From contig MU008150.1 in NCBI GenBank assembly GCA_010909165.1, positions 434,001 through 498,000 of the forward strand: a stretch of DNA of 64,000 bases, written 5' to 3'. The first letter of the stretch is position 1. Every line of letters begins with the position of its first letter. Both the position numbers and the translations under genes were made by a program. The DNA is from Anthoceros angustus (taxonomy: Eukaryota > Plantae > Anthocerotophyta). This document shows, piece by piece, positions 37,493-49,039 of this stretch. The notes beneath the pieces were generated by a model. It was not told the DNA's origin. It did not search any database and saw only the letters and a program-made list of their open reading frames with translations.

Positions 37493-38678
37493 GATGCAGG
37501 ACACAGCCAGCTTCTCCGTCTCACAGCCAGTATGTACAGTAACCCGTTGTGTTAGAACGGCCGAGAAAAAGCATTCATGATGTAAATTTCCATTGTGTCT
37601 CAGTGTTTCTTTGATTGCTGTCCAGTAAAGTTTAATGAGGAATTGGGATCTTGCTATGTGATCTTCGTTACTGAAGCACAATACTGAACACATCTGAATC
37701 CCTTATCTTAAAATTAGTCGTGGGACCTCTTTTGTTCACTTCTTTGTGACGCTGGTGTGATCTGCCGACAGGCAATGATTGGACCAGGATCCAATGATGT
37801 GGGTGCATATGTAATCGGCAAGGCCTTCTCTGACACTCTCTGCCATGGATGCCAATGAGCAGAAATGGTTAGCAAGAAGTAAACAGTCGGGGTGTGGCAG
37901 ATTCGATGGTTTTTTTCACGTCTGGGGTCTTTGGCTGCACGTGCGTTTAATGGGGAGGGGAGGGGAGCGAGCCTGGCTGCTTGGCTTCCTGCCTTTCTTG
38001 GCGTGGAAGCAACAGTAACATTTGGCTCATCTTTCCTTTCTCTGACTCGTGCGCCTGCATTGCGTTGCATTGAATAAGCATAATAGCCAGATGCTGGAGG
38101 CCGGAGGGTAGAATATCCAGCCCCGGACGCCAGGTAAGGACAGAGCAGCCCAAGAGAGAGACATCCTGCCTGCCCGCAATTCCCCTTGTGTTCCGGCGGG
38201 TGCCAGGCTTTTGTGCAGCTGTCCTCTGATTAGCTGCTGCGCATTTCCCTGCACCAGGATGTGGCACCAATTGGCACACAGGGATCTGGAGCAGCTACCT
38301 GCTGCGACTGCTTTTGCTGCTGCTGCTGCTGGATGATGATGAAAGAGATAGGTGAGGCCAGGTCCTGGTCCTTTTCTTGGGTCTGCACGGACCAGGTCCC
38401 GACCTGTCTATCTGTTTGTGCTTGAAGTTGCGGGAGTAGTGCGCAATTGTACGTCTGGGTGGGAGCTGCTGTGGAGCGGAGGGCATGTTGTGGTGGCGCA
38501 GATGGGAGGCCTGGTGGGCGATGCCATGGAGAAGATCTGAGACAGAGAGCTCGGCAGCAATTGGTGAGAGCGCAGGCAGCTGCAGTAGGAGCAGCAAGGG
38601 CCGAGAGTCCCATTGTGAGTTTGTAGGACAGGATCAGTATCGTGATCGGCGTCGGCATCAGCATCAGCAGGGGTAGGG

Positions 38679-39668
38679 ATGATGAACAGGGAGCGGCTGC
38701 CCAGGCTTAACCGCCCGGTACCTCTGCCACTGCCCCTGCCTCCCCCGTCCATGCTGCAGACACCCACCAACAACCACGGGCCCGGGTGCGGCAAGGTTTC
38801 GAGCTTGCAGCGGAATGTGGCTCTGGAGGATCTGGAGAGGCTGATGCTGCTGGGTTCGGGAAGCGAAGGCAAGGTGTACAAGGTGCAGCACAGGTCGACG
38901 GGCCAGCTTTTCGCGCTCAAGGTGATCCAGGAGAAGCACGAGTCGATCCGGAGGCAGATCATACAGGAGATGGAGATTCTGAGGACCACCAAGAACAGGC
39001 ATGTGATTCAATGCTACGGCGTGTTTGAGAACGGAGGGGAGGTCTCCTTCGTGTTGGAGTACATGGATTGCGGCACCTTGGCCGATGTGCTGCAAACCCA
39101 AGGCAAAATCCAGGAACATCACCTGGCGGAGGTGACGAAGCAGGTGCTGACAGGGCTGTGCTACCTGCACAAAAGCAAGATCGTGCACCGAGACATCAAG
39201 CCCTCCAACCTGCTGCTCAACAGGAGGCAGGAGGTGAAGATAGCGGACTTCGGTGTCAGCACCGTGCTGGCTCACACCATGGCTCAGTGCAACTCCTTTG
39301 TGGGCACCTGTGCCTACATGAGCCCCGAGAGGATGAACCCCGACGCCAATGGTGGCTACTGTGGTGCCTCTGCAGACATCTGGAGCTTAGGGCTGACTCT
39401 GTTCGAGTGCTTCTTGGGCAGATTCCCGTGCCTCAAGCCCGGGGAGAAGTCCGACTGGGTCACCCTCATGTTCGTCATCGGGCTGGGCGAGCCTCCTCCC
39501 CCGCCACCAGATGCTTCCCTCGAGTTCCAAGACTTCCTCAGGTCCTGCTTGAGAAGAGATCCAAATGAGCGGCCGTCAGCAGCAAACCTCCTTGCTCACC
39601 CATTCCTGACAAAGTATGACGGCCAGCCTCGCAGCTTGGCTGCATTGTTGAGATCCCCGCCCTTGTGA
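38679..39668 (+). CDS. Intronless MAP kinase kinase (plant group C/D, MKK4/5- or MKK7/9-like)
   Basis: Basic-hydrophobic docking N-terminus, GSGSEGKVYK, ALK, HRDIKPSN, DFG, activation loop T-MAQCN-S (T-x5-S), GTCAYMSPER. Confidence 0.95.
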   Translation: MMNRERLPRLNRPVPLPLPLPPPSMLQTPTNNHGPGCGKVSSLQRNVALEDLERLMLLGSGSEGKVYKVQHRSTGQLFALKVIQEKHESIRRQIIQEMEILRTTKNRHVIQCYGVFENGGEVSFVLEYMDCGTLADVLQTQGKIQEHHLAEVTKQVLTGLCYLHKSKIVHRDIKPSNLLLNRRQEVKIADFGVSTVLAHTMAQCNSFVGTCAYMSPERMNPDANGGYCGASADIWSLGLTLFECFLGRFPCLKPGEKSDWVTLMFVIGLGEPPPPPPDASLEFQDFLRSCLRRDPNERPSAANLLAHPFLTKYDGQPRSLAALLRSPPL

Positions 39669-40739
39669 CGGCTCCTTATCTTCATTCTCTTGTGGATAGT
39701 CCTAGCACCTCATTCCTTCCACCATGCTATTCAACAGAAGTGCTGCCTGCATCTATCTGCATGTGTTGTGAAGACAAGTGTGCCCTTAGCCGTAGCACCT
39801 AGCATGATTTGTTCCTTCCCAGAAACTTATGTTTGGCTCTGCTTGCTCGCTCTACGCAGCAGGCATCACTCATGTGTATATTATCCAACATATCTGCAGG
39901 TCCCCACCAGGTGGGCTGCAGCAGGTACCTCACCTTGTTGTGTCTCGTCTCCTGTCCGTGTGTCTGTGTCTCTGCGCACATGCTTTTCGTCGTCCAATCA
40001 AGGACAATCTCCAACCGCTCTCTTCTCCCAGCACACCAAATGCAGGTCCATGAATTCAAGTTATCCAGGCCTTAACACGTTCAATGCAACCCTTCCCACT
40101 TCCCGCCTACCAGCGGGCTAGCAGCCCGGTCAGTACATACTGTTACAGAAGGAGTTGCCGGCAACGGAAGGAGGGAAGGTTCAAGGAAGGAAGCAGCCAT
40201 GGTGGGAGGAGCAGTTGCATCGGCACGTAGGTGACGTCTCCGGAACATGTATGTAGTGTAGGGATCTCTGTACAGTACTTTTCTCATCAGTGTCTCTGTG
40301 TAAGTGGGTGCTACCTGCCTTCCTTGTCCTGAACGGGGAAGGGATCCTTCGTTTCGTGTGGTCACCTTGCGTCGCGACCTACTCAGCATATGGCTTGCCG
40401 TTTCGGATACTTCGGTCCCCAGGACACTGCGTCTAAGTTTCCGTGGTTTTCTAGGGACGTTAATGCGTCTGCGTGAGTTACGGCGGCTATGCGCAGGTGG
40501 GCCGTTCGGGGTTCGGGGTTCGCGACACCCATCCCCTCTTTCAGAGGAATGTGCCAAACTGTGCCATCGCCATCCTTACGTGGCTGGTTTGTCAGGCCGG
40601 ATTTCTACGGGACTCGGCACATTTATACGAAAATTATAATATAAACAATATAATATAATACAGACTTTTTCATTTCAAAACGGCCTATTATGATCGACTG
40701 CTGTCGCGGGCTACCGTCGCTATGGTCCGGAGGGAGCGG

Positions 40740-41049
40740 TGGCAAGGGCATGGGTGGCATGATATGGCATGGTTAGCATGGCATGGTTGGCATGGCATGG
40801 CATGGCATAGTATGGCTAGCATGGCATGGCATTGCATGGTATGGCTAGCATGGCATAGCATAGCATGATATGGTGGGCATGTCATGACATGGCATGGTTA
40901 GCATGGCATGGCTGGCATGGCTGGCATGGTTGGCATGGCATGGCATAGTATGGTTAGCATGGCATTGCATGTTATGGCTAGCATGGCATAGCATAGCATG
41001 ATATGGTGGGCATGTCATGACATGGCATGGCTAGCATGGCACGACATGA
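40740..41049. repeat. Degenerate (GGCAT)n satellite with a 133-bp higher-order duplication
   Basis: Pentamer runs; block GATATGGTGGGCATGTCATGACATGGCATGG starts at 40867 and 41000. Confidence 0.92.
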
Positions 41050-41620
41050 TGTAAGAAACCTTTTTTTTGAGAGTAGGCCTGAAGGGCTAAGAGGAAGTCG
41101 AGAGCGTTTAGAGGAGGCTGTGTTGAGAGATGAGGACGTTGCCAAGCGAGATGCTAAAAGGATTCTTGCTGTCCCAGAGGTAAATGGGATTGAGCTTGTG
41201 AGAAGAGAGCCTTGTGAGGAGAGGGATGGTATTGAAGAAGACAGAACGTTAGAGTTGGAAGTGGGGCTGATCTTACCACCTAGGAGATCGGAAAGGTTGT
41301 CTTCTTCGGAGGACACCGATTTGGTTGAGGAAGACGAGACTACCGATGAGGGAATTGAAGACGATAGAGCCCATCTTCGTAGAGCTGTTAACGATCGCCA
41401 TATCGCTTTTGTCACTAACAGTCCCCGAGAAGCCGCCGAGCGAGCTGCTTTGATTGCAGACCATCAGGGGGTGAGGGACTGGGATTGTTACAACCGCAGG
41501 TATCTCGATCACCTTGAGAGACAAGTACAAACCACTGAGACCGCCGGAGTCCGACAGGCGTGCAATCCTCGAGTTGGCAGCTCAAATTCGGTTATTCCAA
41601 GCACGAAGTCCCTGATTTGA
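41050..41620 (+). other. Acidic ORF of unknown origin, probably TE-derived
   Basis: ~190 open codons rich in E/D/R with a PPRRSER motif. Begins at TGTAAG, directly after the satellite. Confidence 0.3.
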
Positions 41621-42059
41621 AGGAACAAGTTGTTGGCAAACTAAGAAGCCCGAGCTGCAACCCTTTTTTCCTCATCTCAAACAGTCTCTATCTCTCTAGT
41701 TCAGACATACGTATGTGTACGGAGTGTTTCACCTCTTTTTACACTGTACCATCTCTATCCCATGATGGTCCTTCCATCCTTAGTGGACATAAATGAAGTT
41801 GTTGTTGTTGTTGTGCAAACAAGGAAGCCCGATGTGTGGCTCAAGCAGGGTCTTGAATGGCCGAGGTGAATCCCAAACCTAGATGTAGTACTATTTTATG
41901 CAGAAAATATGAAACATTTCATTTTAAAGGTGTAGCAATATTTTGCATGAAAAACTGATATTTCTTAAGTTGGACATACATGTTTGCTTTAAAATCTACT
42001 TGGTAATTCTAACTTAAAATCTATCTTTAATATTAAGTGCAAGGTTTGGTCCTCGTTGA

Positions 42060-42955
42060 GCATCACTCTCTCTTCAATATCCTTGGGGAAACATTGTTTC
42101 TGTGCAGGGACTTCGCGTCTTGGGGGTACCGGTGGGACCCCCGAATTTTACTCAGGGTTTTATCAATGCTGCTTTGGAGGAGTTCTTGGCCCACATGAGC
42201 GACCTCTCTCAGTTAGGGCACCCTCAAGTGGCATTGGGCATCCTTTCTTCCTGCTTCACGCGTCAGCCAGGGTACCTCACCAGAATGGTTGCTCCCTCCC
42301 CAGTTTTTCTATCAAGCTTGGTGAAGTTCGATAGAAAGGTTATGCCGGCACTTGAGGACATCATTGGCCCAGGCACCTTCAAGTGTGCCGCAGGGGGTCT
42401 GGCGAGGCTGCAAGCATCCCTAGCTGTCGCCTTTATTTGGGGGCACTGGTTTGTTGGCCATGGAGACTTTGGCACTAGAGGCATTCTTTGGGAGCTTGGC
42501 CCTCTCTGCCCCTGTCTTGGCCTCTCGGTTCTTAATCCGGGATTGCAAGATGGCCGTGCCTTCATCCCCCTCGCCATCGAGAGCCACGGGGCCATGGGCA
42601 AGGATTTTGGATGGCTCATAAAGGATTGTGCTAAAGCCTACCATGGTCGACGGAATGAGCTGGGTCCCCCCCTTTCCTCCATGGTAGCTTTCTTTCGACA
42701 ATGGGTTTCCATCGCCCTGCAAAGGGCGTTGGCCATTATAGGACGTCAATGGGCGCGGGAGACGCGGCATCAGCGGCACCGGTCGTAGGTAGGCCTTTCC
42801 TTATTTCTGACCATGACATACTTAGGGTGGTTGGTAGTTTCGAGGTAGACATTCAGGGGGGCTAGCCCCCCCTGCCCTTGGCCCTTTAATGGGTTGTTCC
42901 CCATTGGCTTGGGGTAGATGGGTTTTCCCATCTCTTCATTTTATAAAGTCTCCAT
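42060..42955 (+). mobile_element. CRE-like (RLE-type) non-LTR retrotransposon 3' part, internally deleted
   Basis: GLRVLGVPVGPPNF (late RT), ARLQASL, AFIPLAIESHGAMG, RQWVSIALQRALA, RPFLISDHDILRVVGSFE; 3' end ATAAAGTCTCC. Confidence 0.75.
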
Positions 42956-44165
42956 TTGACTCTTTAATATTAATTTATTTTTATTAAATATATTAAATGT
43001 TTATTTTAAGTTCAAACTTTAATACAATGTTACTTTAACATTAATTTCCCTTAACACCTCCTGGCAATCCTAACTGAACATCTACCTTTAACAGTAATTT
43101 ATTTTGCTTTAAAGATATTAAAGTTGTCCTTTAAGTTGAAATTTTAATGCAAAAGCTACTTTTTAATTTGGAACTTTATTAGTTTGTAGGTGTAGGCTAG
43201 TGGGGGGCACGAGGACCATCCTTGTGGCCCCTTACAAGAAAAGACTTGGGCGGGCCAAATCCTGCAAATCACAACCTATGGCATAGGCCCGCTAAAGCAT
43301 GCATGCATCCCTATACATAAGTTGTTAGGTATAGTCCCTAACATGGACTTGCCAAAGTGTGCGCCTTAAGCCTACACATAACTTGGACCCTAAAGTCCAT
43401 CATATGCACCTGCCCAAGCCTGCATGCACCTCATACCTATACATAACCAAGATTGCGGGCAAGTATACCATACAGAGGGAAAGAAATCAAAGTTTATGCA
43501 ATTATAACACTTGTTGTAATAGTTCAAGAGAATGACCTATTTTTGCTTGCTAGTAAACAATCTTGGTTATTTTACCATCACAAAAAATAAAATCTTGGTT
43601 ATTGATAATGGCATTGAAAACAACAATGTGAAGGTTTCTCTTGAGTATAGCATCAAACATAGTTCGGGCATTGCATAACGAGGTGTCGGGCAAATGATGG
43701 ACACACATGCAAATGTGGTGAACAAGAAGATGCATACCAAGTTTATATAGCTTGCCCTTATAGATAGCTCGAGTGGCTTTTTGTGAAATGTCTGTTGGTT
43801 ATATATGCACACTGTTGAGGAGGGTGAAGAGCCACACTATCGCTTGAGGTCTAGGGTGGTGCCTCAACATCCGGAGGTTGCTCGTCACGGGAGTGGTGCC
43901 AGGAGTCGGGTAGTTCTTGCTGAGGTTGAGCCAGTGGTTTATCCGGCAGGGGAGGAGCTTGAACAGTTGCCTATATCTGGTGTTGGATAGCAACTTACTA
44001 GTTGGTCTCCTTTGTCAAGCACCGTGGAGATAGTGCCGGTCCTGAGGACAATTGATCTATTGAGGAAGCAGGGGACTCTAGTGGTTCAAACAGGATGGCA
44101 AAGCTCAAATCTGTACTGGCTAGAGCTGAAAATTTATCAGGAAGGCCTGGAACTCAGACCTCGAG

Positions 44166-45912
44166 GGATTTTAAGATCCTTGCCCTCTCCCTCCGGACTT
44201 CCTCCGGAGGCACCAGTGCCCGCCAACCACTCGGTCGCCACCGGACTAGGGTCATGCATATGGGATTACGCCCTATGCATAATCCGGCCCTAGGGGGCCT
44301 TATTGTCTAACCCTACCTCATATCCCACACACAATGTAACAAAAAAAAAACAAAAACAACTACCAAACCGCACTTTGGGGAGTTTAAAGCGTGGTGTGTT
44401 TCCTCCACACTCATCAATTCCAGTAGTGGCAATAGCTCATTCTCGAGCAGTCATGCTAATCACAGTTGGCCCCTTACTCGGCGTTGCCTTCCCTGATGCA
44501 ACTTGAGCTTGATGTGCAGCTACAGTAGCTGCATGCAAAATGCAAGCTGCAACGCTTGCTGATAAGCCGGATTAGGAGTCAGCACAATGGCCAGCAAATC
44601 ATTGTTGTCAGCTTCATACAAGTCAAGAGCTTCATCAATCATATACCCCAACAATTGTTCAAATGTATACTGATGAGAAAAAGTTGCACCATGCTTAAAC
44701 CTCACTCTGTTGGTAAGAAGTCCGGGCGAGACCGGAGGTACTGCAAAAGGATGACACGTAGGCTCGGAGGATTTTAAGATCCTTGCCTCTCCTCCTGGAC
44801 TTCCTCCGGAGGCACCTGCCAACCACTCACGCCACGGACTAGGGTCATGCATATGGGATTACGCCTATGCATAATCCGCCCTAGGGGCCTTATTGTCTAA
44901 CCCTACCTCATATCCACACACAATGTAACAAAAAAAACAAAAACAACTACCAAACCGCACTTTGGGAGTTTAAAGCGTGGTGTGTTTCCTCCACACTCAT
45001 CAATTCCAGAGTGGCAATAGCTCATTCTCGCGGTCATGCTAATCAGTTGGCCTTACTCGGCGTTGCCTTCCGATGCAACTTGAGCTTGATGTGCGCCAGA
45101 TGGCATGCAAATGCAAGTACCAGCGCTGTCGATAAGCCGGATTAGGAGTCAGCACAATGGCCAACAAATCATTGTTGTCAGCTTCATACAAGTCAAGAGC
45201 TTCATCAATCATATACCCCAACAATTGTTCAAATGTATACTGATGAGAAAAAGTTGCACCATGCTTAAACCTCACTCTGTTGGTAAGAAGTCCGGGCGAG
45301 ACCGGAGGTACTGGCAAAAGGACAGACACGTAGGCTCGGAGGATTTTAAGATCCTTGCCTCTCCTCCTGGACTTCCTCCGGAGGCACCTGCCAACCACTC
45401 ACGCCACGGACTAGGGTCATGCATATGGGATTACGCCTATGCATAATCCGCCCTAGGGGCCTTATTGTCTAACCCTACCTCATATCCACACACAATGTAA
45501 CAAAAAAAACAAAAACAACTACCAAACCGCACTTTGGGAGTTTAAAGCGTGGTGTGTTTCCTCCACACTCATCAATTCCAGAGTGGCAATAGCTCATTCT
45601 CGAGCAGTCATGCTAATCACAGTTGGCCCCTTACTCGGCGTTGCCTTCCCTGATGCAACTTGAGCTTGATGTGCGCCAGATGGCATGCAAAATGCAAGTA
45701 CCAGCGCTGTCGATAAGCCGGATTAGGAGTCAGCACAATGGCCAGCAAATCATTGTTGTCAGCTTCATACAAGTCAAGAGCTTCATCAATCATATACCCC
45801 AACAATTGTTCAAATGTATACTGATGAGAAAAAGTTGCACCATGCTTAAACCTCACTCTGTTGGTGAAGTCCGAGACCGGAGGTACTGCAAAAGGATGTA
45901 TAACGTAGGCTC
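44166..45912. repeat. Three tandem copies of a ~570-600 bp unit
   Basis: GGATTTTAAGATCCTTGCC starts at 44166, 44769 and 45341. Copies differ mostly by 1-bp indels. Confidence 0.95.
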
Positions 45913-46239
45913 CACGGAGGAACCGACTTGCACAGTGGTCGAGGACGGAAAACTTGTTCAGAAACCGTTACGGGCCATTTCGAGCGGCAGCAGAAGTTTC
46001 ACGACCCAGAAACAGGCACCGGAGTATAGTAAAGTGTGAGAGCAAAAAGTGTCTTCTCCAGGAATGCGTCGTTCATTCTTCACAACTATCCAGTTCTCTT
46101 GCTCTCTTGCGCTTCCACTTCCTGCTCTCTGGTGCTCAATCCTCCGATGCTCAGGCTCCATTGCTTCCATGCGATCGAGACTTCCGAGTGCAAGTTACCT
46201 TGCGCCAAGCGCGCAGCAGTAGAGAGGAGGAGCAAGGCC

Positions 46240-46470
46240 GAAGAAATGGCTCCCAACACCGAAGAAATGGCTCCCAAGAGATGGCTCCAAACGTCGAAGA
46301 AATGGCTCTCAAGAAATGGCTCCCAACGCCGAAGAAATGGCTCTCAAGAAATGGCTCTCAAGAAATGGCTCCCAACGCCAAAGAAATGGCTCCCAAGATA
46401 TGGCTCACAACGCCGAAGAAATGGCTCCCAAGAATGGCTCCCAACGCCGAAGAAATGGCTTCCAAGAAAT
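46240..46470. repeat. Minisatellite of mixed ~14- and 21-bp units around an AAGAAATGGCTC core (~13 cores)
   Basis: GAAGAAATGGCTCCCAACGCC and AAGAAATGGCTCTC units are interleaved. Confidence 0.92.
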
Positions 46471-46568
46471 TGATGGCGGAGGCGCTCGCGTCGTGGACCT
46501 TGCTGGAGTGCAACATCGCCACCAAAAGCTAACCGGATTTTGGTCCCTGGGTCCATGAGGCAGGAGAG

Positions 46569-47030
46569 TTGGTGGCGGAGTTGCATTTAGACGTGTTCCA
46601 AGCGGTGTGGACTTTCGATAACGTCTCCTTGGTCCGGGAGAACGCTCGGAAGTTGCTTGCGTGGCGGAGGAGGTCGTCACTGAAAACCCAAGGAGGACAG
46701 GCGGGACGTGAGATGTTTCAAGAAGTCTACGGCCGGCCTACGGAGGTGATGGGCGGCGTCCTCCCGGAGCCCCTCCACTCAAAGGAGAGGTTGGAGCAAG
46801 CGAAGGCGCTGCTCTTAAGGCCGGACGCGCATAAGGCGTCCAATGGGTGGCTCATGTCAAACTTGAAGGACCAATGCATTAGAGCAGTGGCGAAGATGTA
46901 CGTCCACTGGAACATACTGACCAAGGTGGACCACCTTGGAGACAATTTGCTGATGTTTTTGCATGCACTCCTAAAGGGGAAACAGGCGGACTGGGGTTGC
47001 ATAATTTTTGCTAGGGTGAGACAAGTTTGT
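46569..47030 (+). mobile_element. Fragment of a retrotransposon accessory ORF (homologous to 63640-64000)
   Basis: EPLHSKERLEQAKALLLRPDAHKASNG...VHWNILTKVDHLGD...DWGCIIF vs EPLKGRGKLEAAKAALLKQDAHRSSNG...VHWNMLTKVAHLGD...DWGRIIF. Confidence 0.65.
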
Positions 47031-47199
47031 TGTGACCTCCTGAGGACAGAACCCTAGCTTCTGAACCCCACAAAGATTGCAATTCCCCATTAAACACTTC
47101 CGCTTATGGAAGTCCTCGTCAGGTGCTTTAGGGCGCAATACACTGTGAACCATTTCACGCACTGAGCCAAAGCAGCAGCGCGCTGCTGCGCACTAGTCC

Positions 47200-48200
47200 A
47201 TCAAAGCACCTTCCCCTTGGTAAACAGCACAAGGACATGAGCATGCAAACCTCAAGTGAACCTTTGATTGGACACCGCAGAGCTGGTTGAGAGCATATCA
47301 AGGAGGGCGGCATCTCCTTCTCCACCAGCGAATGCCAGACTGCTCGACGGAGTTGGTCCGACGCCGCTCCTCCTGCCTCAAGCAGGAGCCCTAGGTCCTT
47401 GCTGTTTAGCGTAGGTCCTTCCACATCCTTGGCCCGCCGTGCGGCCAACTCCTTCTCCGCCCTTCTCCTCTTCGGATCCGGCGGCGGCGAGGGGGTCCTG
47501 GAGCTTGCTCGATTCCTCCTCTCGGCGGGTGAGGGAACGGGCTCGGGGTGTGGCTATTGCTAATGGCCCCCGGCCCCCTGAGCCGCGTCTCACTCCACCT
47601 GACGGACGGCCCTCTCTACTTTTGCCCACTCTAGATCCACGGGCAGAGCCACCGGTAGGGTCACCGGTCCGGCTCCTGTAGCGGTAGCCACCTTCCTCTG
47701 CCCCTTGGTGGCTGTCATGGAGCGGGTCCGCCGCTTCTATGTCTATGCTCTTTCTTTCACCGATGCTACTGCCATCGCCGGCGCTGGTGTGGCGAGCAAG
47801 GTTCCGCAGTCAGCATTAGGGAAGCAGGAATTTCCTCCCAGCGTTCCCTCGGCGGAGAGGGAGTCCACTCCAATCGGATTACGTCGGGGACACCCTCCCA
47901 GTCATCCTCCCCCAACTCTCGCCTTCCTCATCCTTCCTCGGCCTCTTCGCCGCTGCCCTCCTCCTCGCTCTCGTCCCCTCCGGCCGTGGGCAGGAGAGTC
48001 AACCCATGGTGGAGTACGCGCTCCTCCCCGCCGTCCTTCAAGAGGTTGAAGTGCCTGCACACATGTAGAATGAGCGGACAACCCGACAGGCATTCCGCAG
48101 CCTTCGCCTATGAGGGGGACTCTCCAGCGATCATGTGGACGCCGAAAAGTGCTGGCGGCGGTGGCCTACGGTTTGGCCTGGAGTCTTTTCAGGACAACGG
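47200..48200 (-). mobile_element. Second fragment of the same accessory ORF family
   Basis: LILHVCRHFNLLKDGGEERVLHHGL vs ILHVWGHHNLLKEDEEERALHLGL at ~63.6 kb; RRTRSMT basic tract. Confidence 0.55.
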
Positions 48201-48302
48201 AGCGGATGGAGGAGGTGGAGGCCACCCGCCTGTGAATGGTGGAGTTGCAAGGGTGTGAAGTTCCCAAATAAGGCCAACTTAAGGCCGTATGATGTTTTTT
48301 TT

Positions 48303-48440
48303 GAGGGGGGGGCATGATTTCGAGTGGATTTGGTGTGATTGTGTGGCACGTAGGAGGAATAAGAGTGCGAAAATGAGTGGTAGGGTGAACGGTGACGCCC
48401 TTGGGGGTGGGACGTCGCGACGCCCGCAAGGGACGTCACA
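48303..48440 (+). mobile_element. Candidate polypurine tract and short 3' LTR
   Basis: GAGGGGGGGCA (48303-48313), then TG at 48314 ... GGGACGTCACA ending at 48440. Confidence 0.4.
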
Positions 48441-49039
48441 ATGGACGGCAAGATGGAGACAAGGCGTAACTGACCCAACTAGGAGATCAAGTACCACTGA
48501 CAGGTCAGATAGGGCGACAGGTACAAAGGGGGGCTGGTCGCGCATCATAGCATAGCATTGTGGGTGACCTCAAGACGATGATAGAGTAAGGGCTGGAACA
48601 AGCCGATAAAACAGAGCGAAGAGGAGATATAGACCTCAGGCGAGTAGGGACTGCACATAGCCACGACAGCCAGACAGTCCCCTGCGAGCGAATCCAAAGA
48701 CTACAATGACAACCGGGTCTAATATTAATGTGCACCCTGTGGGTCTACAGCCTACTAGAATTGCTCCACAAAGGGCAAGTAGAAGCCGCCCAGGCCATTA
48801 AGAAGAAGGCAGAGACCCTAGCACAGGTTGAAGAGGGGAAGCATAGGGAGGCGGAGAGGGATGCCAGGTCCGCTCTCTAGGACCGGGCGTGGGTCCTGCA
48901 GATGTATGAGCAGCTTAAGCAGTCCGAGGAGGCGAAGGCTTGGGTAGAGTCCCTGGGAAAAGCGTTGGAGGGAGTGCGACATGCCGTAGAGGTGGCCAAG
49001 ACAGCCGAGGAAGCTGCTAGGAGGGCAACCGAGGAGGCA

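Noticed and set aside
39799-40557. Antisense spliced gene converging on the MAPKK
   Set aside because: Splice-like sites give inconsistent phases or a 40-nt intron, and the peptides are unrecognisable.
40688-41026. ORFs rich in Cys/His/Ala/Met
   Set aside because: Translations of the (GGCAT)n satellite.
41050-41492. Solo LTR bounded by TGTAA...TTACA
   Set aside because: Flanks CATGA and ACCGC do not form a TSD, and there is no clear PBS or second copy.
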